DNA of 64,000 nt from Antedon mediterranea (lineage: Eukaryota; Animalia; Echinodermata), in the NCBI RefSeq assembly GCF_964355755.1, contig NC_092678.1:24817365-24881364 (forward strand). The letters run 5' to 3'. Below the pieces are notes generated by a model. It was not told the DNA's origin. It saw nothing but the letters and a program-made list of their open reading frames with translations, and did no database searches. The position numbers and the translations under genes are program-made. Positions 52,601 to 59,700 of the stretch are shown here, piece after piece (position 1 is the stretch's first letter; every line of letters starts with the position of its first letter).

Positions 52601-53844
52601 CAATGACAAGAGAGTATTTGAGGAGCAGACGAAATTTTGCGCATTGATATCACTTTCCATTTTCTTACAACACTTTTTACGCATCAGGACTATACATGAA
52701 AAATAATTGTAATCGTTAATTATTAGAACAAGATCAGTATTAATCTAACAGTGAAGTACTTTTGATTAACAACAAACAAAATCTTTAAAATATATTTAGG
52801 AACCATGGCGGTACGGTAACTTTTATATTTTCTAGACCCCCAACAAAGTATGATCGCGACGAACCACGCACTTCATAGCGTGACAAGAAAGCGCTAGGCC
52901 CCCTAAACATTCCATCGCGTGGTGAATTTCCGCATCTGCCATTGTCGCTATGGCTTGACGTAGTTCAAGTCGGACTTGCGCGAAGAAAATAATGTAATTT
53001 GTATACAGTTGTAAATAAAGAGGATTTTTATTATTATAACATATACCAATGTATATTTAATTAAGCTAATATAAAAATAGATATTTCATTCTTCAATTTC
53101 TGGCCAATATAACAACTCAATGACTGTTACGTTTTTCATAAACATCGTTTAAAAACCATTTAGTCGACCATTTAGCCTGCCCCTTCCAGGACTAAAAAAA
53201 TCGATCAAAATCCGTCTCGATTTAGTCGAGGTTGGCCTGAATTAGTCGCGATTTAGTTGAAGTTCGGTTTATGAATTAAAATGACGTCATTTTTTTAGTT
53301 TTAGCTCGAACTACGACTAAAGTCCGGTTTAAGAATACGGGCGTATGACCATTTGAGGCTTTGAGAGTGGAGCTGAAAGCTGAGTTACAACCCTGGCATT
53401 AGGTACCTGGGGACATCCATATAAGCTTAAGTTCAAACGTTTATGTCTTAATCTTAAGGAGGGACACATTTTCCAGGAGAGTTATTCTGTTAAGTGTTAA
53501 AACTGTTATGGAATGCCCTGTCTGTGGATGTTTTTTCATGTTCTACTATCAACTCATTTAAGCAAAGCTTAGTGAAGTTTTCGCTATATATTGAGAGTGA
53601 CTTTATTTCTATAAGGGGCTTAGCCTCAGTCCCGTAGAAAGGGTATGGGAAACAAGTAAGGATTGAACCCTGGACCTTGGGATTGGCAGGCAATACCTTC
53701 ATCAGAGTTATCCATTGGTACAAATAGATATTGTACTGAATTATCATTCTCTCTAGTTCCAGGTAGATGGTCACATGTCAAATCCAATGGTACAACCGTT
53801 TCAGCTGATGTGGTTAGTGATTCTTTTTCCATGCATCTCTCCAT
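7621..53844 (-). CDS. DMTF1: DMTF1-like cyclin D-binding Myb-like transcription factor, whole spliced gene model (~660-710 aa depending on terminal exon)
   Basis: Fifteen exons with AG/GT borders and matching phases: 53697-53844, 52206-52328, 51349-51419, 51149-51236, 49444-49520, 48790-48947, 48325-48357, 47837-47946, 47305-47533, 46749-46900, 42281-42454, 28725-28963, 23356-23449, 19214-19374, 8572-8686, then terminal exon(s). The joined translation contains QSWFTSKQSKD, GHNWKQGVWSKDEIDIL, GLNRPLFAVYRK, GNDWASIG..GRSASSVKD, GTRSEKQCRTKWLNYLNWK and INWDDLAQGWRSVRSPQWLRAKWW, matching recalled vertebrate DMTF1. Confidence 0.93.
8317..8399 (-). CDS. DMTF1: Candidate DMTF1 terminal or penultimate exon (VYVDADGMHDLDPHFDTGPGNYRPNID*)
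   Basis: gttag acceptor, open in phase 1; possible internal donor AG|GTCCAG at 8349/8348. Confidence 0.5.
8572..8686 (-). CDS. DMTF1: DMTF1 exon 15 (MNDPQSTLVIVNAGG...SPVFTLS)
   Basis: ttttcatag acceptor, AG|GTAATA donor, phase 0/1. Confidence 0.72.
8765..8998. mobile_element. Degenerate Tc1/mariner-type MITE
   Basis: TACTATATATCCTTGAGTATAA...TTATACCAGAGGATATACGGTA ends. Confidence 0.62.
9335..9862. repeat. C-rich ~32-bp degenerate repeat with a 129-bp higher-order duplication
   Basis: TGCACCCCTTCTATCCATTGATGCCCATCCCC-like units; the block at 9471 recurs at 9600. Confidence 0.88.
13747..13944. mobile_element. Degenerate hAT-like MITE
   Basis: CAGTGGCGTAAC...GTTACAGCACTG termini; GC-rich with GGGCCC subterminal motifs; TSD decayed. 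Confidence 0.65.
14149..14265. mobile_element. MITE family A, truncated copy
   Basis: Left TIR plus internal sequence only. Confidence 0.75.
14378..14508. mobile_element. MITE family A copy
   Basis: Both TIRs present. Confidence 0.82.
15797..16084. repeat. 29-bp minisatellite, ~10 copies
   Basis: Unit AGGCTTATAGGGAATGAAGTTAAAAGACT. Confidence 0.96.
16093..16182 (-). mobile_element. tRNA-derived SINE head fragment
   Basis: A-box-like TAGCTTGGTGA and B-box-like GGTTCAGTCC on the minus strand. Confidence 0.55.
18130..18360 (+). mobile_element. tRNA-derived SINE
   Basis: B-box GGGTTCAAATCC at ~18158-18169 and an A-rich tail. Confidence 0.65.
18400..18593. mobile_element. Tc1/mariner (pogo-like) MITE
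   Basis: TA-CAGTCGACTCTCCCAATAC...GTATTGGGAGAGTTTACTG-TA. Confidence 0.8.
19214..19374 (-). CDS. DMTF1: DMTF1 exon 14 (VLNDDIEHDSS...VLSQE)
   Basis: ttgcag acceptor, GTAAGA donor, phase 1/0, acidic open frame. Confidence 0.78.
21839..22000. mobile_element. MITE family A copy (right end locally duplicated to ~22058)
   Basis: Both TIRs; flanks TAA/TGA. Confidence 0.85.
22240..22612. mobile_element. Hairpin-forming non-autonomous element, unclassified, with a nested hAT-like fragment (~22311-22375)
   Basis: ~70-bp inverted arms (aaataatgaatg...gttatca / tgatataacc...cattcattattt). The insert matches the reverse complement of 49197-49260. Confidence 0.6.
22944..23071. repeat. 43-bp repeat x3
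   Basis: AAATTCTGGTTTCCCTCTGATACTTAAATCATGGACCTATAAT. Confidence 0.88.
23356..23449 (-). CDS. DMTF1: DMTF1 exon 13 (ATSLGNDNVTVQLNQ...TDE)
   Basis: AAG acceptor after a poly-T tract, GTAAGT donor, phase 0/1; DNVTVQ matches the recalled vertebrate motif. Confidence 0.82.
23489..23797 (+). mobile_element. Deu/Nin-domain tRNA-derived SINE
   Basis: Degenerate tRNA-like head; central ATAAACCGTAGGTCC...CACTTTAAAGAACC...AGTAGGGG..TTACCC resembles the recalled Deu domain; (TAAA)n tail. Confidence 0.75.
26077..26211. mobile_element. MITE family A, truncated copy
   Basis: Internal sequence plus right TIR. Confidence 0.78.
27030..27932. repeat. ~185-bp diverged tandem repeat (4 units) interrupted by a retroposon
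   Basis: GAGTGTTAGTTA...CGGAGCTTCCTAATTTAGGAA recurs at ~27078, 27267, 27685 and 27870. Confidence 0.85.
27319..27547 (+). mobile_element. 5'-truncated retroposon 3' end with TSD
   Basis: TSD AATTTAGGAA (27309-27318 and 27548-27557), 3' stem-loop CACCCT...AGGGTG, (AAAAT)n tail. Confidence 0.75.
28725..28963 (-). CDS. DMTF1: DMTF1 exon 12 (DGNCDPP...YHTYEVIPSS...MHIP)
   Basis: tttacag acceptor, GTAAGT donor, phase 1/0; TYEVIPS resembles vertebrate TFEILPS; internal DHMI(T/A)S x3 repeat. Confidence 0.82.
29139..33048 (-). mobile_element. Non-LTR retrotransposon (CR1/L2-group LINE), near full-length, sense to DMTF1 in the 13-kb intron
   Basis: APE endonuclease plus RT ORF2; 3' UTR stem-loop (gggttacatg...tgtatccc), AATAAA and a TTGAA-type tail ending at about 29139. 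The 5' limit is uncertain; about 740 nt upstream has no long ORF. Confidence 0.9.
29338..32305 (-). pseudogene. LINE ORF2 (AP endonuclease-reverse transcriptase, ~988 aa) with one +1 frameshift
   Basis: Motifs LNCRS, SETWL, GGGVAFY, VYRPP, GDYNINL, SDHFP, NYRPISIL, FLDLSKAFD, GVPQGSILGPLLF, YADDT, KFLGL. One extra T in the T9 run at 30615-30623 splits the two ORFs (PFFS-KIFERIVYDQ expected). Confidence 0.92.
33365..34242. mobile_element. Foldback-type non-autonomous DNA element with 21-bp repeats inside long TIRs
   Basis: Arms 33365-~33658 and ~33844-34242 are reverse complements, with termini GTATGGAACG/CGTTCCATAC, flanked by ACAT...ACAT. The arms hold 8 and 13 units of CATGCAGTACACACCAATCGT. 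Confidence 0.85.
34908..35140. repeat. ~70-bp repeat, about 3.3 copies
   Basis: AGGAGCAGAAACAGGACATTGCATTTTGGGTACAGTTTCCGTCAACCACCCACTGATTTAAACTGATTT. Confidence 0.9.
36182..36336. mobile_element. MITE family A copy
   Basis: Both TIRs; flanks TAA/TTA. Confidence 0.87.
37599..37644 (+). repeat. (AAGCGGGGGT)4, G-quadruplex-competent
   Basis: Four G5 tracts with 5-nt loops. Confidence 0.8.
37836..38989. repeat. 68-bp minisatellite, ~17 copies
   Basis: Unit TAGTATTGAGGGTTATTAGGTGGTAATATAGG(C/G)TGGGTAGTAACCATCATCTGGAAGAAGATAAATAC. Confidence 0.97.
39903..40028. mobile_element. Harbinger-type MITE (a second right-end copy lies at ~40197-40250)
   Basis: TIR AGGCCAATTTACACAGACAAGC, TTA TSD. Confidence 0.82.
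40558..40721. mobile_element. MITE family A copy
   Basis: Degenerate TIRs; flanks TAA/TTA. Confidence 0.8.
42197..42255. mobile_element. MITE family A fragment
   Basis: Left TIR after TTA. Confidence 0.7.
42281..42454 (-). CDS. DMTF1: DMTF1 exon 11 (EILTRLKSG...TLQLPIQMTNQ)
   Basis: tatag acceptor, GTAAGT donor, phase 1/1; LQLPIQMT resembles vertebrate LQIPVQIT. Confidence 0.85.
42679..46650. repeat. 65-bp satellite array, ~55 copies (~3.55 kb)
   Basis: Unit GCAAACTCAATCACTTGAAGATAAGGCGGCGTTGAAAGGAACAGGCCACCCTAACACATAATGCT. Confidence 0.97.
46238..46637. mobile_element. 400-bp palindromic Harbinger-type MITE inserted in the last satellite unit
   Basis: TIR AGGCCCATTTACACTAGGACGATAACGAT; TAA TSD at 46235-46237 and 46638-46640; the satellite unit resumes (cacataatgc) after it. 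Confidence 0.9.
46749..46900 (-). CDS. DMTF1: DMTF1 exon 10, Myb repeat (INWDDLAQGWRSVRSPQWLRAKWW)
   Basis: Near-identical to the recalled DMTF1 motif; phase 2/1. Confidence 0.96.
47305..47533 (-). CDS. DMTF1: DMTF1 exon 9, Myb repeat (GKWSPDEEQLL...KWLNYLNWK...)
   Basis: Myb Trp spacing; phase 1/2. Confidence 0.96.
47567..47728. mobile_element. PIF/Harbinger-type (Tourist-like) MITE family A, representative copy
   Basis: Family TIR AGCTCTGTCTACACTATCAAAC, TAA...TAA target duplication. Confidence 0.88.
47837..47946 (-). CDS. DMTF1: DMTF1 exon 8, Myb repeat (LHEQYGNDWASIGTEMGRSASSVKDKFRL)
   Basis: Myb motif; phase 2/1. Confidence 0.95.
48325..48357 (-). CDS. DMTF1: DMTF1 33-nt exon 7 (YSVEDIERLK)
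   Basis: tactag acceptor, GTAAGT donor, phase 2/2; matches recalled YTPEEIEKLK at the start of a Myb repeat. Confidence 0.9.
48790..48947 (-). CDS. DMTF1: DMTF1 exon 6 (IENLTNPQEVIF...GLNRPLFAVYRKIIRMYDTKNHMGK)
   Basis: Strong DMTF1 motif; GTAAGT donor; phase 0/2. Confidence 0.95.
49085..49258. mobile_element. hAT-like MITE with 6-bp flanking duplication
   Basis: TIR CAGGGAAAAATTTC/GAAATTATTCCCTG; ATACCC on both flanks. Confidence 0.72.
49444..49520 (-). CDS. DMTF1: DMTF1 exon 5 (GHNWKQGVWSKDEIDILKKNIAEYIQ)
   Basis: Strong DMTF1 motif; canonical splice sites; phase 1/0. Confidence 0.93.
49654..50702. repeat. 186-bp tandem array (~5.6 copies) derived from a Deu-SINE body
   Basis: Units start at 49654, 49840, 50026, 50212, 50401 and 50587; homologous to 23617-23780. 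Confidence 0.95.
50751..51012. repeat. 28-bp minisatellite, ~9 copies
   Basis: Unit AAGGGGGACACCTTTGGACTCAACAGAA. Confidence 0.95.
51149..51236 (-). CDS. DMTF1: DMTF1 coding exon 4 (NAFTRNKTFDPITQSWFTSKQSKDNLTEQ)
   Basis: Matches the recalled DMTF1 motif SQAWFTTKEDKD; donor AG|GTAAGA. Confidence 0.9.
51349..51419 (-). CDS. DMTF1: DMTF1 coding exon 3 (DNELEGAS...SHDE)
   Basis: caccag acceptor, GAG|GTCAGT donor, phase 1/0. Confidence 0.78.
51900..52031 (+). mobile_element. LINE 3' end fragment
   Basis: Stem-loop-like cacttt...aaagtg, AATAAA and a (TAAA)n tail. Confidence 0.45.
52206..52328 (-). CDS. DMTF1: DMTF1 coding exon 2 (GVLNDYKRK...LHDVQ)
   Basis: tttcag acceptor, AG|GTTTGT donor, open frame, phase 1/1. 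Confidence 0.75.
52419..53343. mobile_element. ~925-bp non-autonomous DNA transposon
   Basis: ~38-bp TIR CGCCCGTATTCTTAAACCGGACTTTAGTCGTAGTTCGA; flanks TAA/TAT; CpG-rich interior with no ORF. Confidence 0.85.
53697..53844 (-). CDS. DMTF1: DMTF1 first coding exon (MERCMEKESL...MDNSDE G)
   Basis: Acceptor ttttcag at 53852, ATG 7 nt later, donor AG|GTATTG, phase 1 matching the next exon. The N-terminus is poorly conserved. Confidence 0.7.
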
Positions 53845-54456
53845 CTTTTACCTGAAAAGATGATAGTCAATTGGACTGCAATTTTAGTATTGTGAAAATG
53901 AAAAAAATCTCTACCACCAATAATGTTTGACATACAAATCATACGTATTAATTACTTCTGAAGACGCATCAAAGCATATTGATCGAAACATCGATAAACA
54001 TTTCATTTCGGAACTAATATACTGTACGTGGTGTACACCGCAAACTTTATATTATTATTAATTATTATATCAAGTTCAAGTTCAAATTTATTCACATATA
54101 TATCAATATTACTTATTTATTAATATAATTTTACACAAACGATTAAAAGCCAAATTGTTTTCTTTAAAAATAATCTATTCATTGTTATAATTGTCTTTGT
54201 TACATTAGTCTGGCCAGTATGTATCCTAGATAATGCAGCTACTAACTATCTGATTCGGTGCCTAGGCCTACTTATAATAATACACTCACTGTACACGCAC
54301 TGCAATGTCTCTTCCTAGGCCCCTAGACTAGGCCTTTATTATATACATTTTATATTGGCGATAATAATAATGCGCTTTAGAGAACCTAATAATTTCTCCT
54401 AGCTAGGCTAAGTAAGTCAGTGCTGTCTGACAACAGCGCAGACGATACACACTCAC

Positions 54457-54745
54457 ATGTTGTGTTTGTTTGTTTATCGTACGGGTTCTTTTTTAGAGAA
54501 CCGGCCCAGGGGCTAGCAATAGTGGCTGTAAAAAGTACCAGGATGTTCGATTCCCAAAATCATAGATGCCTAAAAATACAGCCTCTAAATGAATACATAT
54601 TTCAGATGAAAACACTTATAGTAATAAAACATATTTTGAATAAAATGATACAAAATAACTCACTTTTATCAGTCTAGTTCGTAAGAAAAAATGACTTTGT
54701 TCTTCGCACTGCTGGAAAATGACGGTAAACTAAAGAGGGCGTCAT
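54457..54745 (-). promoter_or_regulatory. Putative DMTF1 promoter and non-coding first exon
   Basis: The first coding exon starts with an acceptor, so an upstream exon is required. Consensus donor GTGAGT at 54456, with an alternative at 54289. The region lies just downstream of the CUB gene polyA signal. Transcription start not determinable. Confidence 0.4.
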
Positions 54746-55378
54746 TTATTTATATATTTATACATTTATAATTAATTGATTTATTTTTATACAATCTATT
54801 CAAACATCAATTATTCGATCTATAGGTTATAACTAATCGATAATCTGTGTTATATATTAATGAAAGATATAGTGCAATCAAGTAATTAACCGAACTAGCT
54901 GCTATTGGTTTCTTTACAATCACTTCGTTCACTCTGTCCATTATATTATATATTATTATTATATAGGGGGCCTATGTTCTTGTGAGTTTTTAAAATTGGT
55001 ATTGTTTCGTGTTTTAAATATTGCAATTATGAGGTTATTTTAGACAGGCAATGTTATTTTCTCCTTGTGGGAACGAATAAAGATTGTGCTTGATACTTCA
55101 TACTTCTATTATTTGGATCTTTGGTTTATTACATACTATAATATCTATGGTTATAACATAGACGGAAAGATTACATATCTTTTACTAATATTATAGTACT
55201 ACCAAGTCAGTGTGGTTCCACCTGAAAGCAATGCAAGTCGTAAACGCACCGCAAAGGTGATTCTACCAATCACGAGACGATTCGAACTGCATTGCGTTCG
55301 TCCCAGTGGGAACTAAGCTTAGAGACTTTCGTATAACATTTAAAGCAATCAAGAGAAGCATGTTTTTGTGTAGACATT

Positions 55379-55384
55379 TTTATT
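55379..55384 (-). terminator. AATAAA polyadenylation signal of the CUB gene
   Basis: AATAAA on the minus strand about 22 nt after the stop codon. Confidence 0.5.
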
Positions 55385-55405
55385 TCATTATCTTATAATT
55401 ACAAA

Positions 55406-56747
55406 TTAACAGAAATAACCCCAACATGATTGTTTATTACCAAATCCAAATATACTACTAGGTCTTTTCGTTGTTTGCAACGTCGCTGGTGGTGGTCGGT
55501 TCAATGTAATTCGCCAGGGTGTCGTAACCAGTCGTGGTGTCGTAACCAGTCGTGGTGTCGTAACCCGTCGTGGTGTCGTAACGCGTCGCGGTGTCGTAAC
55601 GCGTCGCGGTGTCGTAACGCGTTGCGGTTTCGTAACTGGAAGTATCTCCACGTTCTCAAATGCTGCATACGTTCCGTAATATCCAGTTCTCGCCAGAATT
55701 TCGTCACTTTTGAATAATAATGTTACTTGGTTGCTGTCAGACTTCCATATGAAAGGCGCGTCGAGAGAGCCACACAGAGGTTCACTACTTCTTCCCGTTA
55801 CGTCATCGAAGATCTAGAATAGAAGATTTGAATCAATATTTTATTCGTTATGACCTTTGCAATTCATTATCATAAATTGTTCAATTGCGGGTGTTATTGT
55901 GTGTATTTGTATATTCAACTTTCAGACGAACTGTCCATGTAGATACTGTAACGGAGCCAACAGGAGACCACTCCTTAGAATTCAAATTCAAATTATTTTT
56001 TTTGGCAACAAAGTAAACATTATACTGGGTTTAAGTTTAAGATCTAAAATTATTGGGATTAAAACAAGGATTATGAATTACGCAGAAAACATAAGTTGCG
56101 TCTTTACATTATCTTGCTTTACTGAACCACCTTGAACCAAGCTGCCTGGTAATTCATTAATACAAATAAATATGTTAACACGCTAAAGAATATAAACTAT
56201 ATACCGCTGTCATGTTCACCTGTGCGTGCTATTGTTATCTAAATTATTTGTATGATTTATTTATTTTTTATTTTTAAATGCGCCTTGAGCACTCTGGAGT
56301 GGTATGTGCGCTATAAAAATCTTATTACTATTATTATTATTATTATTATAAATTATGAGATCGTTCAGGAATACAGTTACGGTTACGTAAATACATACGA
56401 ATCATTATAGAGATTCTTACAGAGACAATAAAAACGCATTATGTAACAATCATCAACAAAATCATAAAGAGAGGACCAAGAAGTATCTGTTGACATAGTG
56501 CCTCTCCATTTAAAATCCAGCAATATAATATTTACCTGTACTGAATCCCATTCACATAGCTTGTAGTTTTCTATATCCATAAAGCGTATTGTAATGACTA
56601 TGTGCGTGTTTTTCTTCGTCTCTATGACCGTTCGGCACAACGCGTTGTTAGGATAATAAAGCGGAAAGTTCGGACTATGTATTATGCCATAGCTTTCCGT
56701 CAATCTTCTGGCTTCCAGGTCGCAGTGAGGAGGCAATGTTGCCGAAA
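55406..56747 (-). CDS. CUB domain 11 plus Thr/Pro/Arg repeat tail and stop (exons 56536-56747 and 55406-55813)
   Basis: HSPNFPLYYPNNALC..CEWDSVQ | IFDD..LCG..FKSD..TGY, then VTTPR(R/L) repeats, ending QSCWGYFC*. Confidence 0.9.
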
Positions 56748-59700
56748 CTGAAAGATAATGAAATAAAATATTTAAAAAATACGGACAAAACAGAAACATC
56801 TACAGCAGTCGTAATTGAATTGTGAGCAGCCGAGCAGCGGCAACATGACATTTCGCTTACCAATGGTCGGTGTGTTAGGTGGTGGCGCTATCGATGTATA
56901 CATGGCTTTGAATCCACGATACGTGTTACTGCCATCTGAATGGAAATGAATAACCACGTGATTCGCAGTGATGAATATATATTGTTCGAGTTGTCCACAT
57001 AGTTTGAGATCGTGTGACGTATACGTCAGCTGTAAAAAAACAGATTTATTTTACTCAATGTACGGACAACTTACGCATTTTCCTCCCGGAAACACGCCAA
57101 TAGATAAATATCTATAGAGCGCGCGCCTTCATTTTTTAAAGCTTGTTCCCACTAGGACGCAACGCAAGGACGTAGGCCTACGCGCAAAACACTAGTGATT
57201 TGACCACACAAGCAATGGATTATATTCGAACAATGTCATTGGGTAGAATTTTTATGATGATTATTTTCACACGTACCTGAACAAAGTCTGAACACAAGTT
57301 TAATAGCGATGGTTCCAATTCAAAATCTAAAAATTCGATCCTTAGAACTTTCTGTTCATTTGGGTTCAAACTGATTGTGTAAACGCAGTCTAAATTGTTG
57401 TCGTAGTTTGATGGATAGTCCGGCGTTGAGAACATGCCGACTGGACCTCCCAAAGTTCTTGAACAATTCACTACAATGGAAATAGAAAATTCATTGTACA
57501 ATTTTATGAAACAGCATAATATTTGAATGAAAATAAAGATAGAAAAATAAAAACATTAGGCTAAACTTGAGAAATTAAACATGGAAGCATGGGATAGTTT
57601 AACAGAATCCATTAAATGTTTTGAGGCAATGGCATTATAACGAGGTTTATCATAATTCTTCTTCATTGCATGATGTAATTTACCTTGTGGAGCTTCTATA
57701 AGATGAGTCTTGTATGTGGCTAGAAATCCTGTCTTTGTTACAATGTGATCAGTGTACAATCGGACCACTGCATTGTTTGTTGTCGAGTTCCATTTAATTA
57801 CATTGTGTTTACCGCAGTAACGTTGGCTTGTTCCTTCACCCGTAGGCCTACTTGAAAGCTGCAAAAATATTTGATTGTCATTTTTAATAAAATATGTACA
57901 GAAGTATGTATGAAAAGAGTATGCATATATTAGCTAGCTCGTTTAAAGATGTATTGTCCCTTTGACTAATTCCAACAACATTGGAAAAAAAAGGATTTCG
58001 TATCCTAATCATAGTATCATAATAGTTATTATAATAGTCATTTAACTGAAATACAGACGTTTTTTGTTAAAAAAATAACTTTAACTGCCAGTCAAAGTTT
58101 TTGATCAAAATATATCTCATAATGCACTGCGCTTGTTTGGCTACTCAGTATGCATAATTATAAAACTTCCTCGCGATCAAACACCTTCTCAACCGTGACG
58201 AGTTGTACAATCCTAATTAGCATATGCATACTCGACGTGGTTTTAAATCTTTGTTTACCTTCGCTCACGACGATTTTCCAGACGAAATGTAATCAAACTA
58301 ATTTACCTGTTAATTACGTAAACTTGTTTTTGGCTCGAATTTAAAGTAAATAACTTTAATATTACATTAATATGGCCAATTTAAATTTAGACTATTTTTA
58401 CCTTCATTTTTTGTGTTTCAAGGGTCAATACATCTTTAAGGCTCTGTCTACACTAGACATATTTTGACAAAAGACAAAAAGACAAAAATGTGCCAAATAT
58501 GGTAGTGATAATTATGCTTAATGGTAGTAATACGACATGTCACATAAAGTTTGATAGTGTAGACAGACTACCTCAACATAGTCGTTGGTGCAATGCGGAC
58601 TCTCTTCCAACTCAAACTTTTGAAATGTCACTTGTATAATGTGATGAGGGTCTACGATAATCGTGTATTCGCAGTCTAGGTTGTTTGGATACTTTGCCGG
58701 GAAGCTCGGTGAATGGAATGTGCCGGATTCATCAACGAGTGTGACGTCACAATCTGGGAAAAGAACCAATACATTATTTGAAATAACGCAGTGCAGCGTT
58801 TCATTCTACTTACTATAATGTTTATCGCAAATAGCGTGCGCGACGCATGGTGGGAAGGATTTGGGACCAAACGTCACGACGCGTACGTACGTTGTTTGTA
58901 CGTACGCGTCGGGACATTTGCTCCTAAACCCTTCCCATCATGCATCGTGCAATCACATTCCTCGCGAAATCAAGCTACTTGCGATAAACCTTATGTAAGG
59001 AGTATGTTATAATCTTATACAAGGAGTAGGCCTATGTCATAATCTTATGCAAGGAATATGTCATAATCTTATGCAAGGAGTATGTCATAATCTTATGCAA
59101 GGCGTATGTTATTATCTGATGCAAGAAGACTTACATGACACTCTGTCTAACGCATGCATCTTGTACGTTGCATTGAATCCGTTGAACGCATGCGTACTGT
59201 CCGTGACAAACGTTATGTTTACTTCGTTACTCTCAGATTCCCAAATCAAATTCTGATGTTGTCCACAAATGATGCTCGTTTTACCGGTCCCGACATCCTC
59301 AACCTTAACATGTAAAAAGAAGTTGTTTTATGGTGTAAGAATGTATGCATGTGCACGGTAGATTGAATTCCGCACAAACGTACATCTGTACGCGCGCGTT
59401 AATCGTGTCGTTAACTGGTTTATTCTAATCCTACCTTGACGTAATCTCTTTCACAAGGCGTTTGTAACTCCACATTAAAGAAAATGAAGTCAATAACTAT
59501 GTTTTCACCAACTTTGCCTTTGATGAAATAGAAGCACAACTGGTTGTTTTCATAAAGAGGCAGTCCTTGTGCAATGTTTGGCGATTGAATGACTCCGTTT
59601 GGTCCAAGGTGAGTTTTATTACAATCTACAAAGAAATGAATAATAATAATGCACAGCTCTCAAAACCTTTATGCCCAATGACTTACGACTGATTGTACGT

